Of a stretch of DNA of 64,000 nt, positions 47,081 through 60,528 are shown one piece after another (position 1 is the stretch's first letter; every line of letters begins with the position of its first letter). Below the pieces are notes generated by a model that was not told the DNA's origin, ran no database searches, and saw only the letters and a program-made list of their open reading frames with translations. This DNA comes from the human T2T-CHM13v2.0 reference genome, Homo sapiens, in the NCBI RefSeq assembly GCF_009914755.1, contig NC_060927.1, one strand, 5' to 3'. The position numbers and the translations under genes are program-made.

Positions 47081-50000
47081 ACCACGACCCTCAACTAGAA
47101 ACACCAATACCAGCTCCTCCGCGAGTTTCCAGCTCCACAACCTAAGACATCAGAGGCAGCATTGGTTCCTCACGTAGAGTCCAGCTCCGGGACCCTCATA
47201 TTTGAACCGCAGGGCCATCTCATCCCTGGATCTCCAGCTGCACCACACTCAAATTAGAACAACATCAGTTCCTCCCCAGGTCTCCACCTGCACAGCCCTC
47301 GAACGGGAACGTCAGCTCCTCCCCGGGTCTCCAGCTGCAGGGCCCTAAAACTAGAACATCAGCTCCCGCCTGGGTCGCCAGCAGCACCACCCTCAAACTG
47401 GAACATCAGATCCCCATGGGTCTCCAGCTGCAGGGCCCTCAAACTGGAACATCAGCTCCCCACCAGATCTCCAGCTGCACGGACCTCAAACTGGAACATC
47501 AGCTCCCCGCCGGGTCTCCAGCTGCACTGCCTGCAAACTGGAACATGAGCTCCCTGCCGGGTCTCCAGCTGCATGGCCCTCAAACTGGAACATCAGCTCC
47601 CCACCAGATTGCCAGCTGCACGGCCCTCAAACTGGAATATCAGCTCCACCCCGGGGCTCCAGGTGCACAGCCCTCAACCTGCAACATCAGCTCCCCACTG
47701 GGTCTCCAGATGAATGGCCCTCAACCTGCAACATCAGCTCCCCACCGGGTCTCCAGATGCATGGCCCTCAAACTGGAACATCGGCTCCCCACCGGGTCTC
47801 CAGCTGCATGGCCTTAAACTGGAACATCAGCTCCGAGACCCTCAAACAGGAACATCAGCTCCCCACAGGGTCTCCAGCTGCACAGCCCTCAAATTGCAAC
47901 ATCACTTCCCCCCTGCATGTCCAGCTGCACCGCCTCAAACTGCAACATCAGCTCCCCGCTGGGTCTCCAGCAGCACGGCCCTCAACCTGGAACATCAGCT
48001 CCCCCCAACCCGGGTCTCCAGCTCCACAGCCCTCAACCTGCAACACTGGCTACCCACTGGGTCTCCAGATGCATGGCCCTCAAACTGGAACATCAGCTCC
48101 ACCCCCGGTATCCAGCTGCACAGCCCTCAAACTGGAACATCAGCTCCCTGCCGGGTCTCCAGGTGCACGGCCCTCAAACTGGAACATCAGCTCCCTGCCG
48201 GGTATCCAGCTGCACGGCCCTCAAACTGGAACATCAGCTCCCCACCAGGTCTCCAGCTGCACGGCCCTCATACTGGAACATCAGCTCCCCACCAGATCTC
48301 CAGCTGCACGACTCTCAAACAGGAACATCAGCTCCCCACAGGGTCTCCAGCTGCACGGCTCTCAAACAGGAACATCAGCTCCCCACAGGGTCTCCAGCTG
48401 CACGGCCCTCAACCTGCAACACTGGCTCCCCACCAGGTCTCCAGATGCACGGCCCTCAAACTGCAACATCAGTTCCCCCCGGGTATACAGCTGCATGGCC
48501 TTAAACTGGAACATCAGCTCCCCGCCCAGGTCTCCAGATGCACGGCCCTCAAACTGGAACATCAGTTCCCTGCCGGGTCTCCAGCTGCACGGCCCTCAAA
48601 CTGGAACATCAGCTCCCTGCCAGGTCTCCAGCTGCATGGCCCTCAAATTGCAACATCAGCTCCCATCAGAGCCTCCAGCTGCATGGCCATGAAACTGGAA
48701 CATCAGCTCCCCCACGGGTCTCCAGCTGCACAGACCTCAAACTTGAACATCAGCTCCCCGCCGGGTCATCAACTGCATGGCCCTCAAACTGGAACATTAG
48801 CTCCACCCCTGGGTCTCCAGTAGCACGGCCCTACAACTGGAACATCAGCTTCCCCCTGGGTCTCCGGCTGCACAGCCCTACAACTGGAACATCAGCTCCC
48901 TGCCGGGTCTCCAGCTGCACGGCCCTCAAACTGGAACATCAGCTCCCCGCTGAGTTCAAACTATTCCAGTTTGAGGGCCGTGCAGCTGGAGACCCGGCGG
49001 GGAGCTGATGTTCCAGTCTGAGGGCCGTGCAGCTGGAGACCTGGTGGGGAGCTGAACTTCCAGTTTGAGGGCCATGCAGCTGGATACCCGGTGGGGAGCT
49101 GAAGTTCCAGTTTGAGGGCTGTGAAGCTGGAGACCCGGTGGGGAGCTGAAGTTCCAGTTTGAGGGCCGTGAAGCTGGAGACCCGGTGGGGAGCTGATGTT
49201 CCAGTTTGAGGGCCGTGCAGCTGGAGACCCGGTGGGGAGCTGATGTTCCAGTCTGAGGGCCGTGCAGCTGGAGACCCGGTGGGGAGCTGAACTTCCAGTT
49301 TGAGGGCCATGCAGCTGGATACCCGGTGGGGAGCTGAAGTTCCAGTTTGAGGGCCGTGAAGCTGGAGACCCGGTGGGGAGCTGATGTTCCAGTTTGAGGG
49401 CCGTGCAGCTGGAGACTCGGGGGTACCCGATGTTGCAGTTTGAGGGCCGTGCAGCTGGAGACCCGGGTGGGAACCGATGTTCCAGTTTGGGAGCCATGCA
49501 GCTGGAGGCACTGCGGGGAGCAGATGTTCCAGTTTGATGTTCCTCCCTGGGTCTCCAGGTGCACGGCCATCAAACTGGAACATCAGCTCCCCGGCCCTCA
49601 AACCGGAACATCAGCTCCCCGCCGGATCTCCAGCTGCACAGCTGTCAACATCAGGTCCTCCCCGAGTCCTCAGCTGCACGACCCTCAAGTTAGAACATCA
49701 GCTTCTCCCCAAGTCTTCAGCTGCGTGACCCTCAATCTAGAACATCAGTTCCTCTACAGGTCTGCAGCTGCAAGACCCTCAATCTAGAACATCAGCTCCT
49801 CCCTGAGTCTCCAGCTGAAACACCCTCAAAACGAACAACATCAGCTCCTCCCCGAGTCTTCAGCTGCACGACGCTCAATCTAGAACATCAGCTCCTGTCT
49901 GGTTCTCCAGCTGCACGACCCTCAAACTACAACCTCAGCTCTTCCCCGAGTCTTCTGCTGCATGACCCTCAATCTAGAACATAAGCTCCTCTCTCGGTGT

Positions 50001-53000
50001 CCACCTGTAGTGACCTCAAATTAGAACGTCAGCTCCTCCCAGAGTCTTCAGCTGCATGACCCTCAATCTTTAACATCAGCTCCTCTCCGGGTCTGCAGCT
50101 GCATGACCCTAAAAATACACGAACAGCTCCTCCCTGAATCTTCAGCTGTACGACCCTCAAACTACAACATCAGCTCCTGTCTGCATCTCTAGCTGCAGGG
50201 CCCTCAAACTAGAATATCAGCTCCTCCCCGATTCTTCGCCTGCATGACCCTCAAACTAGAACATCAGCTCCTGTACAGATTTCCAACTGTAGGGCCCTCA
50301 AACTAGAACATCAGCTCCTCCCCAAGTCAGCAGCTGCAAGACCCTCAAATTACCACCTCAGCTCCTCCCGGAGTCTTCAGCTGCACGACCCTCAATCTCG
50401 AAGATCAGATACTCTCCGGGTCTTCAGCTGTAGGGCCCTCAAACTATAACATCAGCTCCTCTCCGAGTATTCAGCTGCACGACCCTCAATCTCGAACATC
50501 AGCTCCTCTTCAGGTCTGCAGCTGTAGGGCCCTCAATCTAGAACATCAGCTCCTCCCTGAGTCTTCTGCTGCACGACCCTCAAACTAGAATCTCAGCTCC
50601 TCCCGAGTCTTCAGCTGCACAACCCTCAAACTAGAACCTCAGCTCCTCCCTGAGTCTTCAGCTGCATGACCCTTAATCTAGAACATCAGCTCCTCCCCGA
50701 GTCTTCAGCTGCACGACCCTCAATCTAGAACATCAGCTCCTCTCCAGGTTTGCAGCTGCAAGACCATCAAACTACAACATCAGCTCCTCTCCAGGTCTGC
50801 AGCTGCAAGACCCTCAAACTAGAACATCAGTTCCTCCCCGAGTCTTCATCTGCATGACCCTCAAACTAGAACATCAGCTCCTCTCCAGGTCTCCAGCTGC
50901 ACGACCCTCAAAGTAGAACATCAGCTCCTCTCCGGGTCTGCAGCTGCAAGATCCTCAAACTAGAACATCAGCTCCTCTCCAGGTCTGCAGCTGCAAGACC
51001 ATCAATCTAGAACATCAGCTCCTCTCCAAGTGTGCAGCTGCACGACCCTCAATCTAGAACATCAGCTCCTCTCCAGGTCTGCAGCTGCAAGAACCTCAAA
51101 CTAGAACATTAGCTCCTCTCCAGGTCTCCAGCTGCACGACCCTCAAACTAGAACATCAGCTCCTCTCCAGGTCTGCAGCTCCACGACCCTCAATCTAGAA
51201 CATCAGCTCCTCCCCGGGTCTTCAGCTGCATGACCCTCAATCTAGAACATCAGCTCCTCTCTGACTCTGCAGCTGGAAGATCCACTAACTAGAACATCAG
51301 CTCCTGTCTGGGTCTCCAGCTCCATGACCCTTAATCAAGATTATCAGCTCCTCCCTGAGTCCCCAGCTGAAAGACCCTCAACACGAACAACATCAGCTCC
51401 TCCCAAAGTCCTCAACTGCATGACCCTCGAACTACAACATCAGCTCCTCCCCGAGTCTTCAGCTGCATGACCCTCTATCTAGAACATCAGCTCCTCTCCA
51501 GGTCTGCAGCTGCAAGAACCTAAAATTAGAACATCAGCTCCTCTCTTGGTCTGCAGCTGGAAGATCCACTAGCTAGAACATCAGCTCCTGCCTGAGTCTC
51601 CAGCTGCATGAACCTCAGTCAAGATTGTCAGCTCCTCCCTGAGTCTCCAGCTGAAAGACCCTCAACGCGAACAACATCAGCTCCTCCCGAAGTCCTCAAC
51701 TGCATGACCCTCAAACTACAACATCAGCTCCACCCTGAGTCTTCAGCTGCAGGACCCTCAATCTAGAACATCAGCTCCTCTCCAGGTCTGCAGCTGCACG
51801 ACCCTCAATCTAGAACATCAGCTCCTCCCCAGGTCTGCAGCTGCACGACCCTCAATCTAGAACATCAGCTCCTCTACAGGTCTGCAGTTGCAAGACCCTC
51901 AAACTAGAACATCAGCTCCTCTCCGGATCTGCAGCTGCTAGACACTCAAACTAGAACATCAACTTCTGTCCAGGTCTCCAGTTCCGTGACCCTAAATCTA
52001 GAACATCAGCTCCTCTGAGTCTCCAACTGAAAGACCCTCAACGCGAACAACTAAAGCTCCTCCCCAAGTCTTCAGCTGCACGACCCTCAATCTAGAACAT
52101 CAGCTCCTCTACAGGTCTGCAGCTGCAAGACCCTCAAACTAGAACATCAGCTCCTCCCTGGGTCTGCAGCTGCACGACACTCAAACTAGAACATCAGCTC
52201 CTCCCTGGGTCTGCAGGTGCATGACCCTCAATCTAGAACATCAGCTCCTCTCCAGGTCTGCAGCTGCATGACCCTCAGTCTAGAACATCAGCTCCTCTCC
52301 AGGTCTGCAGCTGCAAGAACTTAAACTAGAACATTACCTTCTCTCCAGGTCTCCAGTTCTATCACCCTAATTCTAGAACATCAGCTCCTCCCTGAGTCTC
52401 CAACTGAAAGACCCTCAATGCAACAACATCAGCTCCTCCCCAAGTCTTCAGCTGCAAGACCCTCAAACTAGAACATCAGCTCCTCCCCGGGTCTGCAGCT
52501 GCACGACCCTCAATCTAGAACATCAGCTCCTCCCCGGGTCTGCAGCTGCACGACCCTCAATCTAGAACATCAGCTCCTCTCCGGGTCTGCAGCTGCACGA
52601 CCCTCAATCTAGAACATCAGCTCCTCCCCGGGTCTTCAGCTGCACGACCCTCAAACTAGAACATCAGCTCCTCTCCGGGTCTGCAGCTGCACGACCCTCA
52701 ATCTAGAACATCAGCTCCTCCCCGGGTCTTCAGCTGCATGACCCTCAAACTAGAACATCAGCTCCTCTCCGGGTCTGCAGCTGCATGACCCTCAATCTAG
52801 AACATCAGCTCCTCTCCGGGTCTGCAGCTGCACGACACTCAAATTAGAACATCAGCTCCTCCCCGGGTCTTCAGCTGCATGACCCTCAAACTAGAACATC
52901 AGCTCCTCTCCAGGTCTGCAGCTGCACGACCCTCAATCTAGAACATCAGCTCCTCTCCGGGTCTGCAGCTGCATGACACTCAATCTAGAACATCAGCTCC

Positions 53001-56000
53001 TCCCCGGGTCTTCAGCTGCATGACCCTCAATCTAGAACATCAGCTCCTCCCCGGGTCTTCAGCTGCACGACCCTCAATCTAGAACATCAGCTCCTCTCCG
53101 GGTCTGCAGCTGCACGACCCTCAATCTAGAACATCAGCTCCTCCCCGGGTCTTCAGCTGCATGACCCTCAAACTAGAACATCAGCTCCTCTCCAGGTCTG
53201 CAGCTGCACGACCCTCAATCTAGAACATCAGCTCCTCCCCGGGTCTTCAGCTGCATGACCCTCAAGCTAGAACATCAGCTCCTCTCCAGGTCTGCAGCTG
53301 CACGACCCTCAATCTAGAACATCAGCTCCTCTCCGGGTCTGCAGCTGCATGACCCTCAAGCTAGAACATCAGCTCCTCCCCGGGTCTTCAGCTGCATGAC
53401 CCTCAAACTAGAACATCAGCTCCTCTCCAGGTCTGCAGCTGCACGACCCTCAATCTAGAACATCAGCTCCTCTCCGGGTCTGCAGCTGCACGACCCTCAA
53501 ATGAGAACATCAGCTCCTCCCCGGGTTTGCAGGTGCACGACACTCAATCTAGAACATCAGCTCCTCTCCGGGTCTGCAGGTGCACGACCCTCAATCTAGA
53601 ACATCAGCTCCTCTCCAGGTCTGCAGCTGCATGACACTCAAACTAGAACATCAGCTCCTCCCCGGGTCTGCAGCTGCATGACCCTCAAACTAGAACATCA
53701 GCTCCTCTCCGGGTCTGCAGCTGCACGACCCTCAATCTAGAACATCAGCTCCTCCCCGGGTCTTCAGCTGCATGACCCTCAAACTAGAACATCAGCTCCT
53801 CTCCAGGTCTGCAGCTGCACGACCCTCAAACTAGAACATCAGCTCCTCTCCGGGTCTGCAGCTGCATGACCCTCAAACTAGAACATCAGCTCCTCCCCGG
53901 GTCTGCAGCTGCAGGACCCTCAAACTAGAACATCAGCTCCTCCCCGGGTCTGCAGCTGCATGACACTCAATCTAGAACATCAGCTCCTCTCCAGGTCTGC
54001 AGCTGCACGACCCTCAATCTAGAACATCAGCTCCTCTCCAGGTCTGCAGCTGCACGACCCTCAAACTAGAACATCAGCTCCTCTCCGGGTCTGCAGGTGC
54101 ACGACCCTCAATCTAGAACATCAGCTCCTCTCCAGGTCTGCAGGTGCACGACCCTCAAACTAGAACATCAGCTCCTCCCCAGGTCTTCAGCTGCACGACA
54201 CTCAAACTAGAACATCAGCTCCTCTCCAGGTCTGCAGCTGGGAGACCCTCAAACTAGAACATCAGCTCCTCCCCGGGTCTGCAGGTGCACAACCCTCAAT
54301 CTAGAACATCAGCTCCTCTCCAGGTCTGCAGCTGCAAGAACCTAAAACTAGAACATTACCTTCTCTCCAGGTCTCCAGTTCTATCACCCTAATTCTAGAA
54401 CATCAGCTCCTCCCTGAGTCTCCAACTGAAAGACCCTCAATGCAACAACATCAGCTCCTCCCCAAGTCTTCAGCTGCAAGACCCTCAAACTAGAACATCA
54501 GCTCCTCCCCGGGTCTGCAGCTGCACGACCCTCACTCTAGAACATCAGCTCCTCTCCAGGTCTGCAGCTGCAAGACCCTCAATCTAGAACATCAGCTCCT
54601 CTCCGGGTCTGCAGCTGCACGACCCTCAATCTAGAACATCAGCTCCTCCCCGGGTCTTCAGCTGCATGACCCTCAAACTAGAACATCAGCTCCTCTCCAG
54701 GTCTGCAGCTGCACGACCCTCAATCTAGAACATCAGCTCCTCCCCGGGTCTTCAGCTGCATGACCCTCAAACTAGAACATCAGCTCCTCTCCAGGTCTGC
54801 AGCTGCACGACCCTCAATCTAGAACATCAGCTCCTCCCCGGGTCTTCAGCTGCACGACACTCAAACTAGAACATCAGCTCCTCCCCGGGTCTTCAGCTGC
54901 ATGACCCTCAAACTAGAACATCAGCTCCTCTCCAGGTCTGCAGCTGCATGACCCTCAATCTAGAACATCAGCTCCTCTCCGGGTCTGCAGCTGCATGACA
55001 CTCAATCTAGAACATCAGCTCCTCCCCGGGTCTTCAGCTGCATGACCCTCAAACTAGAACATCAGCTCCTCTCCGGGTCTGCAGCTGCACGACCCTCAAT
55101 CTAGAACATCAGCTCCTCCCCGGGTCTTCAGCTGCATGACCCTCAAACTAGAACATCAGCTCCTCTCCAGGTCTGCAGCTGCACGACCCTCAATCTAGAA
55201 CATCAGCTCCTCCCCGGGTCTTCAGCTGCATGACCCTCAAACTAGAACATCAGCTCCTCTCCAGGTCTGCAGCTGCACGACCCTCAATCTAGAACATCAG
55301 CTCCTCTCCGGGTCTGCAGCTGCATGACCCTCAAACTAGAACATCAGCTCCTCCCCGGGTCTTCAGCTGCATGACCCTCAAACTAGAACATCAGCTCCTC
55401 TCCAGGTCTGCAGCTGCACGACCCTCAATCTAGAACATCAGCTCCTCTCCGGATCTGCAGCTGCATGACCCTCAAACTAGAACATCAGCTCCTCCCCGGG
55501 TCTTCAGCTGCATGACCCTCAAACTAGAACATCAGCTCCTCTCCAGGTCTGCAGCTGCACGACCCTCAAATGAGAACATCAGCTCCTCCCCGGGTTTGCA
55601 GGTGCACGACACTCAATCTAGAACATCAGCTCCTCTCCGGGTCTGCAGGTGCACGACCCTCAATCTAGAACATCAGCTCCTCTCCAGGTCTGCAGCTGCA
55701 TGACACTCAAACTAGAACATCAGCACCTCCCCCGGTCTGCAGCTGCATGACACTCAAACTAGAACATTAGCTCCTCCCCAGGTCTGCAGCTGCAGGACCC
55801 TCAAGGTAGAACATCAGCTCTTCCCCGAGCTAAAACACCTCTCCCACCTGGATCTCCAGCTCCACGAGTCTCACAGAACAGCCACACTGGCTCCTTCATT
55901 GTCTTCAGCTCCACAACCTAAGACATCAGTGGGAGCACCGGCTCCTCCCTGGACCTCCAGCTCAACGACTCTCATAGACTTAAAAGGCAGCACCTGCTCC

Positions 56001-56090
56001 TCCCCAAGGCTCCATCTCCACCACCCTCAGATTTGAACAGCGGTAGCACCACCTCCTCTCCAGGTCTTCAGCCCCACGTCCCTCCCTGAA
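47080..56090. repeat. ~9 kb tandem array of a 47-bp unit (~190 copies), two subfamilies, internal inversion
   Basis: Unit A is GGTCTCCAGCTGCACGGCCCTCAAACTGGAACATCAGCTCCCCACCG (~47.2-49.6 kb). Unit B is GGGTCTGCAGCTGCACGACCCTCAATCTAGAACATCAGCTCCTCTCC (~49.65-55.8 kb). The 47-bp period was counted directly (CAGCTCC at 52571 and 52618). Both ends are degenerate. Confidence 0.95.
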
Positions 56091-57063
56091 CAATCCCTTC
56101 TCATGAAATTCAGCAGTCAAGAAATCTGCAGCGGAAGTAAATGAATAAATGTTTTGTTTTCAAATTGATATCTCTTTTATGTTCATGAGTTAACTTTTCT
56201 ACTTTCCATTAGCCTTGCAATCTACTTATGTCCAAGGTGAAACAGAAACACACCATTTGAAATCACGTTTAAAAACTTAGTAATGTTTTTCAATAAAATC
56301 ATCACACAGCTGTAGACACGATCTTATTTCTCTCTGCCTGTGCAGAAGTCTTATGAAAATTCAAACTATGAATTTACTTTGTTGAGATTCCCAGAATACA
56401 CATTAATCCCAAATGTTACTCCCCTCCTTAAAATCTTTTAACACATTCCCATCACCTGAGCATAAATGCCAGCTCCCATCCACAGCCCAAAGTGCCCAGC
56501 ACGGCCCTGCCCTCTGCCCTGGTCTATGGTCTCCCCTCTTAAATGCCAGCACCATCCACAGCCCACACTGCCCAGCACGGCCCTGCCCTCTGCCCTGCCC
56601 TCTGCTGTGGCCTAAGGTCTCTCCCCTGTGCCGTTCCCTTCCTGACGGACAGGCCTCTGTCCGTTCCTCAAACCACACAGGCTCAGGCCTCACTCCAGGC
56701 CTTTGCGCTTCTGTGCCCTCTGCCTAGGGTGCCTTTCCCGGGTTCTGCATCCTCCTCTCAACCCGCTGAGCTCCAGCCTGCTGGTCGCCCCTCAGGTGGA
56801 TGAACACACGGTGTCCTCTCGCCCCACCAGCTTTTGCACAGGCTCTTCTCTGTGCCAGACACAAACCCTCTATCGGGGTTTACTCTCTAAATACCATTCA
56901 TCCTTGGAGTCTCCACTGAAATATCGCTCCCTGCCCACCCCCCTCACTTGGACTTAACCTTGGTTAGGTTGCCAACCCCCGTCTCCTGACTCCGGGAAGC
57001 TAGATGCTCTCCTAGCACTCGGAACTTGCCCATCGCCACATTTGCACACCCGTGGTTACTGGG

Positions 57064-57187
57064 TTAGGTTGGCGCACAAGTCATCGCGGGTTTTGCCATT
57101 ACTATTAATGAACTGCAGCAACGGCTCCTCCCCGTTTCTTTTGTTTTTTTTTTGCCATTACTTTTAATGACTGCTGCACCAACCTAT
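57064..57187. mobile_element. MADE1/Hsmar1-type mariner MITE remnant
   Basis: TIR-like ttaggttggcgcacaagtcatcgcgggttttgccatt ... tgcaccaaccta. Confidence 0.6.
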
Positions 57188-57999
57188 TAGAATCATTTAT
57201 ATTTATCCATCCATCATCTGCCTTCCCCTCTAGAAAGGAAGCTCCATGAGAATAGAGGCCAAATCTACTCAAATCACTCCACCTTCCCAGTACATTGTTT
57301 GTCAATAATCATTTACCAACTGACTGATAGAGAAATGCCTTCCCTGTTGCTGGGATGAGGCACATGACACGCCCCTTTGAAAGTCAATTCCATGGACAGT
57401 TAGCATTTGCTCTTCACTCCTGCACCCGTGGCGTGGCTGGGCTTAGGCTGATCTAGTCTGGCCTTGACTCCAGGCTAAGCATGGGAACCATGCCTGCTCC
57501 ACATGCCTCTCATCCCACAGCCAGAGCGGCCGTCCCCTGGAGCACGCACATCTCGTGGGGAAAATCAAGAACCTTAGAGGGCAGGCCTGGCAATGCCCAC
57601 ACATTCCAGGCTTCTGCTTGTGCCGTGTCTGTGAAAATCTCGTTGGCAGAAGCAAGTCACCCAGCCACGAGCAACACCTATGGGATGGATAAGTCCATCC
57701 ACCCTCCCTCGGGCCCTGGAAAGGTTGTGGCTATGTCATACTCTTACGGGGGGAGTGAAAAATTGAGGCCCAACATTAAATCACCCACGCAAGAAATGTC
57801 AGCCTCTGTCCCCACGCTGGAATCATTTTTCACCAGCGGGTTTGCCTGAATTCCCTTTGCAATGGTGTCTGCAGGTTTAGCCCAATGCTGGTCCCCGTGG
57901 AGGACACAGAAGCCTCAATGGGCCTCCGTCTGTTGGGAAGAACAAGATATTAGCTTGGCGCAAAACCACCGCAAGCCCCAGGGGGCCCTTGTGCCATGA

Positions 58000-58440
<441 letters not shown>

Positions 58441-58927
58441 ACCTACTTTATTTTTCTCTACAGTACTTGGAACCTTCTAATGTACTAAGGACACGTGTAT
58501 TTTCTTTCTTTTTTGTCTTCCCTAGAACAGGAGCTTAATGTGGGCAGGTATTTTTGTTGATCTCATTTATCACCCTCTCCCCAGTGCCTGGAACAGGGTC
58601 TGGCACATGAATGGTGTGTTCTAAATAAATATTTTTAATAGATAAATAAATGAAATATCCTACAAGAGAAAGCTATATCTGGAACTCACCCATCAACAGA
58701 ACCTAAAAGCCAAAGACCTTGAGCCTGTCTCTGCCTCTGAACACACCCAACCCCGGAGGAGCCAGCAGAGGAAAAAGAGGACAAAGGCGGGGAAGGGAGC
58801 AGGTGGTGCCCACCAAGTAAGGAACCCTGAGGCTTAGGCCGAACCTGAGCTGGAGAAGGGACTCATCTAGGAACCGGGTATGAGATTAAAGTTTAGATTG
58901 GTCTGGCCTGGATTTTGTAACACCTAA

Positions 58928-59443
<516 letters not shown>

Positions 59444-60329
59444 CCTTCAAACGAATGTAAGAATTATTATTTTTTAAAGTACAACTTTAAAAATGCCCCT
59501 TACAAATACATCAGTGTTATATTAAGGGAAACCCACTTCAGAAGCACAAAGTTAATTTCTTATAATTCCAAGAAATATGTGAATGTTAAAAAAAACCCAA
59601 ACACCCGAAAAGGGATCAATCTCAAGATAGTTTGTAACATTTTATTGCAAAAAGAAGGGCAGAGAACAGTCTTCTTCATACCTGTTCACCGCAGTAATTT
59701 TTAGCAGCTCTCCTGTGCAAAGAAGTCTCATCAATCAATCAGCATACGGGCCACAAATACCTTCTCAGTGCGGTTTCACCTACAATACAAGCACTCAGAA
59801 GCACAAATTTAACTGAAGTGAGAAACCAGGCCATTTTGTAGCTTCAGTTTTTCTACCAGTAATATATTAATTTCTTGAAATAGCCTAATAATTTAGTTCT
59901 ACTATCAAAACAGAAGGCCAATCTGGGAGAACAATTATTATACAAGTCAAACTAATTTCAATCATATTAGTATAGGAATTCATATTAGTATAGGCTAATA
60001 ATTCATATTAGTAGAGGTGGGAGGATCGCTTGAGCCTAGGAGTTTGAGACCAGCCTGGGCAAGACAGTGAGACTCCATCTCTAATTTTTTTTTTTAAATA
60101 AAGAACTTCAGAGAGGAGAAGGAAGCGGATTGATATGTGTCTATCCAAGGACAAATTTTGTGTGCCTGTACATACAACACAACTATGAACCTTCCTTCAC
60201 GCAGCTCACAATCTAGTAGCGAGAGGAAAGTACAAAAACATGAGCCCCCACGATGAGGAAAAAGGCGCATATCAGAGAAAAGAAAAATGCTGCGATGATC
60301 CAATGGCAGGAGCAGCGTGCATCCACTTT

Positions 60330-60528
60330 CTTTGTTTTTTTGAGATGGGGTTTCGCTCTGTCTCCCAGGCTGGAGTGCCGTGGCTTGATCTCAGCTCAAT
60401 GCAGCCTCAACCTCCCAGGCTGAAGTGATCTTCCCATCCCAGCCTCCCAAGTAGCTAGAACTACAGGCGTGCACCACTACACGTTTACTTTTTGTAGAAA
60501 CAGGGTCTCACAATGTTGCCAAGGCTGG
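60330..60528 (-). mobile_element. Partial AluJ
   Basis: tgagatggggtttcgctctgtctcccaggctgg..tgttgccaaggctgg. Confidence 0.75.

Noticed and set aside
47714-48823. 369-aa and overlapping ORFs as a mucin-like gene
   Set aside because: They are explained by the stop-free 47-bp unit; there is no signal peptide, exon structure or frame preference.
47080-56090. CRISPR-like array
   Set aside because: Units are contiguous with no unique spacers, there are no cas-like ORFs, and the context is primate DNA; it is a minisatellite/VNTR.
47080-56090. Identity with the 48-bp CER satellite
   Set aside because: The period is 47 and the sequence does not resemble the CER consensus as I recall it; the family is left unassigned.
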